Shown here: positions 39,401 through 51,400 of the stretch, in pieces
Layout: each line of letters begins with the position of its first letter
How positions within the stretch are numbered: position 1 is the first letter of the stretch
DNA from: Balanoglossus misakiensis
Taxonomy: Eukaryota > Animalia > Hemichordata
Reading direction: 5' to 3'
Assembly (NCBI GenBank): GCA_040954595.2
Contig: CM082582.2
Span: forward strand, 13,056,327-13,120,326
Length of the DNA stretch: 64,000 nucleotides
Made by a program: the position numbers and the translations under genes
The notes under the pieces: model-generated
Seen by the model: the letters and a program-made list of their open reading frames with translations, nothing else
Told to the model about the DNA's origin: nothing
The model's database searches: none

Positions 39401-42400
39401 AAGTCCATGTTTTACATACTTGTTATCGCCTGGTGCAGTTCCTTCTGCTTTGCATGTGGAAGTGTCAATGGTACTGGAGGAGTCAGTCTCTGCAACTACA
39501 GCTGTTTCACATCTGTCAATCATAAGTTCCACTTTCTGTATATGCAGGGTTCAAAAAATGGAAATGTTGATTAGTGATAGAATCTTGCTTGTCATGCCAA
39601 ATAAAGCAAGACTTCAGACCTTGGCTGTCTAGTGCATCAATTTGCCACATGGCTGGATGAAACTTTATTGGTTTCTCTGTAACCTCGACTACATACCTGC
39701 CCATTCCTGTAGACATCCACTCTGTGCCACTGTCCGTCATTCAGCGGTGGAGAGGCTGTCACCTCTAGAGTCAGAGTCCCTGATCCCAAATTAATCTGCA
39801 GTTTAGGCTTTCCATCCACCAACTCCACAGCCATGAAGTCCTCAGGTTCGTAGCTCAACAATGGCGTCATCGGTCCGTTGTACATCAAGATTCCTCCAGA
39901 CGACTCAGCGACGAATTCAAAAGTGGTTCGTGTTTGTTCACACTGTTGTAGCGTCTCGTACCATGCGTATCCGTTGCCACTAAAGCTACGTTTGAGATCT
40001 TGGCAATCAGGACCGTCAAAGCCTTCCTTACACTCACAGCTGCAGAAACAAGTTCACAGATCAGTAAAGACTTAGATCAGTGAGGGTATGGTTGTATAAC
40101 GTGCTGACTCCAACACTCCTTACACTGTTATCTCATCACTTGAAAATCATTTTACTGTTTCACAAGAAATCATCAGTTTCAAAGAGCCTTCTCTGGGGGC
40201 CCTGAAAATAAGTATAGTAATAAATAAGTAATTTGAAACTCTTTGGGTATCTCCATCTGTTAGGTGTGAAACTGTTTACGTGTCACTACAGAATAGAAAT
40301 GTTGCTAGTACATTGTAACTGCTACTTACACATAGCCATAGGGAGTATCTCTACAAGTTCCACCATTGTAGCAGGGATTAGAGTCACACAGACCCCTCTC
40401 TTTCTCCCTGGCTCCACAGACACAGCCTGCAGTCTGAACGGTGGTGACAGCGATGAATGTGGAGCCCCCGCTGTCCACAAGAGTCGGGTTGACGTCGGCG
40501 TAGAAGAAATTGGTGCAAGAAGATTCACAGACTGCTTCACTCAGACACAAGTCGACTGGAACCATACCGATAGAGATGCCCACCATGTCTTCAATCTGCA
40601 GTAGATGATAATATATTACATGAGGTGGTTAAAAACACAGAGGGTTCATACACTGGATCACGAAGGTTTACAAAAGTCGTTTAAAATCCTATATTTCCCA
40701 GTCCATCGCTGGACCAGATGAGTCCTGATGGGGATTATTGTATTTTCTCACCTCTTTCTGATTAAGCCTGACTTGCATATTCATTGATTCCGGAGAGTAG
40801 TACGGAGACCCATGCGCTGACCACCGAACATCACAAGCAGGGTCTGGGGAGCCTTCCACATTGATGACACTAAATACATCAATGTTTTCATAATTGGCTG
40901 GTAAATATATGGCCAGTGCTTCCCGGAATAATTCCCGCTTGCTTTTCCCGCCTTCCGGTACATAGATGAAGGCCTCAGCACTCGTGCCCACCACTCGGAT
41001 TGATCCGGAGCTCAAGACGGCCTCCTCCGGAATCTCCTGCACTGTCACAATCACGGTGCTGTTCTGATCCGGCCAAACTCCATCGGTAACTAGCACTGTG
41101 AACTCATAGACACCATCTGGACAACCAGGTTCAATGTATATCATTCCTGTGTCTTCATCAACCTATAAAAATATATATATATGGAATGAAGTAAGACATA
41201 ATATCCTTAGCTGGGTCATCTAGACACCTGCATTACTATGAGACTGTCCACAGCAGTTCAGCATGGTAGAATGATGAGGCCATGATATCAAAACTTGACT
41301 GGATGGCCCACATTGAGCCAAATATGACAAAACAAGACACAACAACAGTTGGCCAGAAGGCAAGCACTGATACAATTCTGCGTTGCTTTCTTACCCAGAA
41401 ATATTCAGAATCTCCTCCCACAATGTAGTATTTCTTATCTGTATTGCTATCATCTTCATCTGGTGCATACACTGTCCCTATCTCACTCTCTGGCATTTCT
41501 CCTGTAAAAAGAAAAGAAGAGTTATGATGAAACATTAGGACTAGTCACTGTCATGTACCTAGACATATTTTATCTTGAAATGTGAGAAAAAGATCTTTTC
41601 ACAAGTTGCAGCAACTGTGGCTGTCAAACAATATGATATATTCATATCCTATAAACATTTTTGCTAATAATATCCTATAAAAATGTAACAGGTTATGGAA
41701 CAGGGTTAGGAATACAAGATCTGTGAGTGATGTTTCAACACTAAAATGAAATGTTGTGGGGGTTAGTAGTGTGCATACAAGGTTGAATTTAAGATACCCT
41801 TGTCTTGATCCAGTAACACTGTTTTTCCCAGCATGAATTCTGGCATTTCACCTGTATTGGGGGTCAATGAAAGTGATGGTCATGATGATTTGATTTGGGA
41901 CACAAAAAAGTGATTCCTTGATGTTTCTTCTCTGTGTGTGTCTCAGTGTTTCTGATGAATAACAAACTGCCAGGGGAAGTGGTGTGACTTTGGGAAGAAT
42001 GAAAGATGGATTTCTGCCATGGCAACAGGAGGAAGAAAGCAGCTGGCAGCCCATGGCAACCACTTTTGACAAATAGTTGCCTGCTGTAACCAACTGTGAA
42101 GAACAATCCCTTTGCAGACCCTCTCTCAACAACTTTCTTGCAGTGTGAAACATTTTCTTCACCCTTGATGCTAAAGCCACGGACATATGACATGCTGACT
42201 TCAGAAGACAAATCTGATCCCCTGTCAACCGAGAGATTTGTGATGCCCAGAGTTTGGATGACAAGCATGCAAATTGACAATTTCAGGATCATTTACGCAC
42301 CTTTGTAGTTGTACACAAAAATCTCTTTTGTGCCTGCTTGATGAGGATTGTCGTTTTCGTCACCGATTTCAATGGTGAGAGTCTGTGTCCCTGACAGTCC

Positions 42401-45400
42401 ATGTCTGTCAGCCATCACGACCGACATATACTGGAACTTTTGTTCTTCTCTGTCAAATCTTACCTTGGTGTGGATCTCAGCCACATCTGTGAACAGTGAA
42501 AAAATATCATCTATTTATTCAGCGAGCATCACAGCTACACCACTCCACTGAAAACTCCATGATTTCATATATGACTTTTATCAATTGTATTTTCGAGGTG
42601 AATTATTGAAATATCATGGAGAGTAACATCTTGCGTTCAAAATAATTTCTTTTACCTCCCACTTGCTCAAAAGTGAAATTATCCAGAATGTTATTCCAGT
42701 TGTCCACCGAGTAGGTGAATGGTGCACCATTTTCCGGTCCATCCGGATCAACAGCACTGATGGTTTCCACGTGTACTGGGGGGTCTTGGTTTTCCATCAC
42801 AACCGGGCGATAATCTTCCGCGAAATTCGGCGGATTGTCATTGATATCCAGAATGGTGACTGAAAATGTGGCATTTCCAGTCAAGCTAGGAGGTCCTAGG
42901 AGTAAGCATAAGAAAGAATGGTGTTAACTAAGAGATCCCACAGAAACAAGAGTGTAGAGAATGTTATTATAACTATGAAATTCGACATGTGTTATGATAC
43001 CAGGCTGTTTTGTAACACTTACCTATATCAATGGCCTGAACAAGCAAGTTATAATACTCCACAGTTTCCCTGTCTAATTCATTATAGACATAAATGCTAC
43101 CATTAGATGGTCTTACGTAGAACTGACTTTCTGGGTCTGTCCAAGGGGCTATCGAGTAGCTGTTTAAAGAAACAAAAACAGTCAGTTAAATATTGAAGCT
43201 TGGTGATGTATGCAGTCACCTATGCAGATTTAGCCATGGTTATCTCGGCAAATTGAGAGGTAGCCAATGAGAGATTTTCACAGGGTGGCCACTCAAAAAA
43301 ACGTGCCACAATATGGTCATTTGAGACTTGACCCTTTAACCATAAATGGATATATATAATTTTTGCACAATTCTTCTTGTCACATGTATGAGTGCACCAA
43401 CCCTGGATGCCAACAGGTTACTTACTAGAATGCAGAATTATTAGAGCCAGGCTTGTCAGCATCTGTAGCGGAAACTGTTCCAAGGAAAGTTCCAAGAGTC
43501 GCGTTCTCCGAGACACTCGCTGTATAATAGTCTGGACTAAACACCGGTGGATTATCATTGTAATCTTCTACATTGATTGTGATGGTTGATGTATCATAGA
43601 AATCTGGATCATTGACTTGTAAAGTCAGGGTAAACTGACGCTGTGATGGGTCTTCATAATCAACCATCTGAAATCATGTCAATAAGAAAAAAAAGAATGA
43701 ATATCAGCCTCAGACAAAAAATGGCCAATACAATATCACAGGCATGTTGACTGATGCCGTGTTTCTATGGAAATGAGACACAGAATAAGTCATTCTGAAT
43801 TCTCCAATAGTATGCCTGCATTGTGACTGATCTTCAACTTTTTGGCCCCTCACACTTAACCCTTTCACCCCCAGTTCCCTCTTTGGAGGTTCAACCTTCC
43901 CATAGAAATCAATGGACTTGGACTTGACCATAGTGATGAAAGGGTTCAAATTGATGGATGCAGTCAACTTATTCTGATCAGGAGCTTCAAGCTCCAAGTG
44001 TGAAAATGGAAAGGATGTCTGACCAATGATTATATGCAGAATCACAGACAAACCATTATAAAAAAAGCATACCTGATCAACCCGAATTATTCCTTCATTA
44101 GTGACCACATCATTAAACATATAGAAATGGCCTGCTTCATTCCCACCAATGATATCATACGTCAACTGAGCATTTTCTTCAATGTCATCATCGTATGCTG
44201 ACACAGTGTAAACAGACGCTCCAATTGTTAAGGATTCTGACATTGGAGTGAAGTAGCTTTCCTGTGTGAATCTGGGTTCATTGTCGTTTATATCTTCCAA
44301 TTCAATGGTTGCTGTGGCTGAACCTACATGAAACACAACGAATGTTGACAGATTAAGAAAACACATGTACTGACTGCTATTTCAATCATGATTCAATCCC
44401 AGACTTTCACTCACTTCAAAATAAGCAAGAACGGCAAAGTTTGGAAGATGTCATTATTCTGAAAATCTGCCCCATAGGTATGTATACTTCCTTAACACCC
44501 ACAGATAATCCCGTCGTTGACCCTTTCACCCCCAGTTCCCTCTTTAGAGATCCAATCTTACCATAGAAAAAAATGGCTTTGGACTGAACCATGGTGATGA
44601 AAGGGTTATTACGGCTGTTTACCTGACTCTCCACCACCATCGACAGCTTCCACTACAATGTGATAAACAGGAACACGTTCCCTGTCTAACCAGTCGACTA
44701 GTGTTGTGATTTCTGCTGTATTGGGGTCGATAGCGAATAGTTCTTCACCAAACTCTTCCACATTTTCAATGATTGCGTAGGTCATCTCTGCATTTCCACC
44801 TTCATTTGGATCATCGAGATCAACTCCGGTCATAATCATCACAGAGGTACCTATCATAAAAGATGAGCCAAACCGAACAGGTTAAACTAAAGGAAAACTT
44901 TTTTTGTTATTGTGATTTCTATTGAGAATCTTTATCAGTAGTATCATCTACTTTCATCATTACAAATAACACCGTCAACACTGCTTTTCAAGATGAAGAA
45001 AATAAACAAGAGGTCAATCTAAACAAAAATCCTATGAAAACCATTTCTAAATTACTAGTGTACCCATGCAAACTTCACAAACAATATTAGGTTAGTATGG
45101 TACAATGTACCTAGCAGGCAGCATAGAACATTCTATTATGGAAGAAAGTTACATGCTTCAGGGATCTGAATCCCAAGTTAGAGTCTACACACTTGTTCTA
45201 AACAAGGAAATGTCTTTGATTGTCATAAGAACAAAATCTAAATCTTGTTTGTTTTCAACATTAACCATCTCCTGTGATGAACATTTTGCACATTTGGAGT
45301 TGGGAGTTAGTGGAACCTGATCCCAAAAGACGTTATTATTCTTTTCCTGATCTTGGATGACAATCTGAGACAGTTCTACAGTATAATTTAATGACATGCT

Positions 45401-48400
45401 GCAATTTAAGACTAGTTAGTTTGTGAAAACGATGCTGCAATATTCATGTAACTCACCAGTCCTCAAGGGAACTGAAATGAAATAAATATTATACAATGAA
45501 TGGAAAGCTATAAGTGTTTTCCCAATACAGATTGTACACACACAAATACACACACAAAACTTCATACTTTAACACAGGATAAATGGTTACAATGTAATGT
45601 TGCTAAAATATGGTAAATTTCTTTCTTAACATAATGATGTGGTACAAAAAGATCTTATCATGGTTCAATGTCGTGGATGGACCGGTGTGCCCTTGAGGGA
45701 GTTCTCCTTCTACTACAGACAAAAATATCCCCAATGGTGTAACAAGAATCATTTTTTTTTCTTTGGAAACATTTTCTTCAGTCGCATTCTATACTAACAG
45801 CCAAATTTGAAAGCAGTGTCCTTACCCTTTGCAGAATCTTCAAGAACATATCCCACATAAGGTTCATTTGGGAAGTGTGGGGCATTATCATTAATATCTC
45901 TGAGATTGACGATAACGTCTGCAAATCCCGACAGCCCATTGCCATCCTCATCAGTAGCCACGGCCGTCAAATACCAAACTTGTTGTCTTTCACGGTCCAG
46001 AGGTTGAGTGGCTGATATGACACCAGTGGCTGCGTCTATCACAAATTCTTGATTTGCACCTTGTCCTTGTAAACTGTACACTATGAGCTGGTCATCATTA
46101 GGGTCCAGGTCAGGATCATAAGCAATCACCTTCAAAGCCAATCAAAGAAAGACAATATCAAGTCAATTTTCTGAATCAATGCAACCAACCTTGCTCATAC
46201 CAAAATCACTCAAACTCCATCAAACCCCCACTATAGACAGGTTCGACTGTATTACTATTACTTACAGTGATAACATAGACAGGAACATTGCTATCTTCTT
46301 CCCATATAGTTGCCACATACTCGTCGTTTTCAAACACAGGTTCATTATCATTGACATTGGCCACGTTGATATTCACACTGGCTGTGTTTTCGTTCAGACC
46401 ATCGGATGCAACGTAGGTCAGCCTGTACTCTTTCCTTGTCTCGTAGTCTAGTGGTGCAGCAATTTCAATTGTTCCCACTTCAGGAACCACTCGAAAGACG
46501 CCTCCTACATTACCACCTGTGATCTGGTACCGAATCAGTGAATTTGCACCTGTAAACATTTGCATAAAGAATTACTATAAACATTCCAGCTGTATTACGG
46601 TAAGAGATAGTCACCAGTCTTCCTCTGAATTTCGCTGACTTGACAGTTTACCTGAATTTGCTGATCATCTGACAAAAATAAATTAACTATGCATTAAACT
46701 TGTTAGCACAGACTTTTCTACACTTCATGAAAAGTGAACTGAACATTTTCTGTATGACATAGTAATTACCTTCATCTTCATCTGTAGCAGTTACCGTGGT
46801 GATAGCAAATCCCACCTCTTTATCCTCAAATACATTGGCAACAAAGTGGCTGTCTTCAAACTTGGGAGCATTGTCGTTGATGTCACTCACAGTTATATGA
46901 ATTGCAGCAGTATCTGAGAAACAAAGGTTTTACAGTTAGAGAAATAGTTTAACCCTTTGAGGCTTTCACCCCCATTTCTCTGTATAAAGGTCCAGTACTG
47001 CTGTTGAAAACAATGGTGTTGGATCAAACCATGGTTGTGAAAGGGTTAAATCACATAAAGAAACATAAATATCTTGTTCATTGCTTCTCATAAAAAGATA
47101 GACGTTAAATCTAAGTGTCATCTGCAAGACACATAACATTGGTCAAGTATCTTAGGGAAACACCCATCACTCAAACCATCTCCATAACAACAGACCATCT
47201 CCATGACAACATACCTCTGTTGGGAGCATCAGGATTGTCTGGATCCTTCACTCTGTCTGAGGGTGCACCGTCCTCTGACATAACTTCAATCAAATAATAA
47301 CCCTTCTCTTCGCGATCAAAGCTCGCGGTTGTTTCGATCTCTCCGGTTCGTTCATTGACGCGGAAATACCTCCAGTCATCAGTTTCCATGTCTTCAATGA
47401 TTGAGTATTTAATCTGGGATATAAAATAAAATATTCAGAGATTATTTGTGATGAAGGTTGTTCGAACTGAAAGCAATAATGTTATCACACATTCTAATGC
47501 CAAACTTCAACAAGTATTGTAATAACAAAATGCATAAACACAAGAAAACACTTTTAGTATATTCCATGTTTATTTCCAATGGTTCTGTCTGCTCCACTGG
47601 GCACTCAACTTTCAATTTCAGCAATTCACACTATAACTGTAAGGCAATTATCCCAATGACTCACCATAGCATTAATCCCTTCATCAGCATCTTCAGCAGT
47701 GACTTGGAAGACAGAAGTGCCAGGAGCACTCATCTCTGGGACGCTGGCCACAAAGTTTGGCAAGGTGAACAATGGCACGTTGTCGTTCACATCAATCAAG
47801 TTGATCAGGACTGTGACGTAGGATGCCAGGGGCACCTGGGCGGTGTTCAAGGCACGCACACGAAGTTCAAAACTGTGGAAAAAGTAAATGGAAAACAAAT
47901 AACTTTAATATACATTGATGTACGTATGTATCATTCCTGATGTCAAGTCACTGTAATCATATTATATTAAAATATTATTGTCATTTTATGTGATTTGATA
48001 TTTTTGTCTCACCTGGGTGTAGTTTCATAATCCAATTTATGAAACACTCGTATTTCTGCAGACTTATCTTCTCTGTCAGTCGAAATGCGAAATCTCATTG
48101 GATTGTTGGTTTCAGGTCTTTGACCTTGAACTAGACTGTAGGTCACACGCGAGTCCGACAGCACGGACGTGGCTTTCACTCTGGCCACTATATCTTCATT
48201 GGCTGCGTCTTCTCGGACATTGATGGGGCCGTACACTAAGGCATCCCACTCTGGTGGTTCGTTGTTGATATCAGAGATAGTGATGGTCAATGGGACACTG
48301 TCACTGCGTCCACTTCCAGCCTGATCAGTGGCAACTACACGCAGGTAGATTTTACTGTCCTGGTAAACAAATGGACAAAGAATAACAGAGTCATCACCTG

Positions 48401-51400
48401 GGTTACAGCATACATCTAAGATAATCAGAGTTTAAATAAAGACATTAATGTTACCGATATTTTGATGAATTTGTTTTATGGCTGCATGAAATGTATAGTA
48501 CCGGTAAAGTATCCCCAAGCTTACCTGAGAGGAATAAATAGCCCTGTTGACAAACACCCAACCTGTGGCATTGTCAACATCAAAGACACTGGTGTCAGAC
48601 AAAGAATAGGATATTTCTGCATAAAAACCAGCATCTGCATCTTGGGCAGCAACACGCAAGAAGCTCGTTCCCACCGGAGTATCTTCTCGTAATTGATCTA
48701 TGGACAAGAACAGTTGTGTAAATAAATCAATACAGAAGTTGATGAAAACACTGAAGCAAAACAATGCAGCTGACTTCAGAATCATTGTGCAATGCTGCTT
48801 AAATCTGGTGTCAATTATAGCTGTCTCAAAAAGACCCCTTCTCTCAGAGCTATCAAGCAACCAAAAGATGAGGTACGAGTATTCATCACAGAAATTTATC
48901 TCCCCAAATTAAAAGACCTGAATTGACAGGTAATGAACTTACATTCATAGCTTCGTTGCTCAAAGTACGGCGAGTTGTCATTGACATCTGTAATCTCGAT
49001 TTCCATTTGACAAATGCCAATCAAAGGGTTGTTTCCCCGATCAATGGCACTCACGGAGATTCCATACACGCGTTTTTCTTCCCGATCAAACTGCCTGGCA
49101 GTGGTGATGGTTCCATCAAAAGGATCAATTTCAAAGTTCAAGTCAGCAGTCTCACGTCTTACGATGTTATAGGTTACCTGACCATTGGTGCCCACATCAG
49201 CATCTGTGGCCAATACCTAGAGTGATTATGAAAATGAAATGGGAGGTATTATAAAACACAATTTGAGTGGTTGTTGCAAATTGGGGATTTCGAACGCCAC
49301 CTTCTACAGAAGATAATCACACAGAGAGGCAGTAAAGACGCTGTCAATCTCCACAGCTGATTTCAATCAGAACGATCACTAACCTGAATCACAGTCGTCC
49401 CCACTTGAGCGTTTTCAGCCACTGTTGGTCGATACGTGTCGCAGCTTTCAAATACTGGTCTTTTATCGTTGACGTCGTTCACGCCAATGATGACTTGCGC
49501 TTGACTTTGGTGGATTGATCCTCTCCCTCCACAGCACTGGTTGTCATCGATGGCTGTTACATTCAAATAATACCGCACTTGGTCCAGTTGTGGATTGCTA
49601 CTCAGACGGATTACACCTAAGAGAGAGTAGAAATATTTTGTGATGGTTCTTGTTTGAGGAAAGTTCTATGCGCACAGAATATCAAATTTGGCAGCACAGT
49701 GCTTCTTATTTCTAAAGCTTACCAGTGTCTCTATCGATGTCGAAATTTCTGTCTTCATTTCCAGCCACAATGCTGTACCTCACTCCATCACCGTCTGGAT
49801 CCATGGCGATAACCGTGGCAACCTGAAAGTTGGCTTCTGCATTCTCTGCTACAAAGTACATGTAGATATTCTGAGTAAACTTAGGAGGTTCGTCGTTGAC
49901 GTTTACGATTCGAACGTTGACCGTCGCAGTTCCCGTCTTCGGTGGCGATCCGCGGTCCGTAGCGGTGACAGCAATGGCATACAAACTGGTTGTTTCATAG
50001 TCTAGAGTCTTAGCTGCACTGATCTCTCCATTAGGGTTTATGGCAAAGAGTGAATTATCCAGACCATAGGAGATCTGTGCATTGGTACCACTATCACAGT
50101 CTGAGGCCAGCACTGTAAAAAAATACCAAAGTAATGTTAAAACAATCACATCTGCTTCCTTCACCCCTATTTTCCTTTCATGAAATATCTGTCCCACAGA
50201 CCATTTCTCATGAATACTGACCACTGACAATGGGACTTCCAATGCGGATATCTTCAGGTACATCTCTTACACTGTACAAACTCTGTGCAAATCGAGGCGT
50301 GCAGTCGTTCTTGTCTGTCACTTCAACTGATACCTACAAAAACAAGTTGACAAATTCCTTGAGTGCAATTTGAGGAACTTTACACATGCTACAAGATCAC
50401 AACCACCAGCATTGTCATCATCACCATCTCAGAGTGTTCATTTTAACTATAGGAGATGTGTTTACATTCTTTGGAACAGCCACCCCTGTTACACTTACTG
50501 TAGCAGTGCTGGAGAGCCCATCAACCCCGTCTTCAGTTGCTTTCACTGCCAGAGAAAAACTTCTCGGTCCCTGTTCGTAATCCACCACTCTGTTCAATGT
50601 TATAAGCCCAGTCCTGCTGTTGATGTTGAAATATCCAGCGTCCGAACCTTGGTTGACGAACTCATATGACACTGTTGTAGAGCGAGTAAACGAGAATGCC
50701 TCCACCCTCAGCAACCTGAGAATTATTACACGAAAAATGATGAGTGTTTTGAGAGAAATTTTACATTTATGAGTCTCATATACTTTTAAAAATGAAATAG
50801 ATTAGAGTGCAAAGTCATAAATATATCTGACGTTCCATCACAAAACCAATTGCCTAATTGTTTGTCTTAATTGATATTTTAAAACAGACACACCTGTGAT
50901 TGCCTTGTTTAAAAGCACTTACAGCTAAACAGACAATGTTGCCATCTGTCGAACCTACATCTCCTCGCACTGGCATATCACATTGGCATACACTGCAGAG
51001 GGCACAGTGTACCAGACATGTTTATTTTAACGACTTACTGATATCCTGCCTGTGTATTTTCCGGTATCACAACACTGTATCTTTCCTTGGTGAACTGTGG
51101 TGGTCTGCGACCGGCAACGATTGAAACACTGGCAATGGATCCAAAATTTATCCCATCTGTCGGTCTGACTCTCAAGATGTAATCTCTTCCCTCCTGGTAA
51201 ACTTGAGAAGATTTCGTCCGGATGGTTCCGGTGTTTCGATTCACTTCAAACAAGCCATCTCCACCTGATGTTTGAACAGGAAAATGCAATTTATTACTAC
51301 GAATTCTTTTTTCTAGTTTAGAAGTATCTGCATGAAACAAGCGCAGAAATCTAAGTTCCAAACTCATCAGTGAACATGTCAAAGCTACGTGGCTATGAGA

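Noticed and set aside
41848-42292. Two overlapping 138/142-aa minus-strand ORFs in a cadherin intron
   Set aside because: No domain resemblance and no phase-compatible donor. One is in frame with an acceptor at ~42222 but would only add an unrecognisable tail.
45605-45712. Acceptor followed by [19 protein letters not shown] in the microexon-containing intron
   Set aside because: No donor, no cadherin similarity and only a modest acceptor.
48815-48849. [11 protein letters not shown] after an AG, resembling the next exon (QLRED..FLRV)
   Set aside because: Too short to distinguish from chance.
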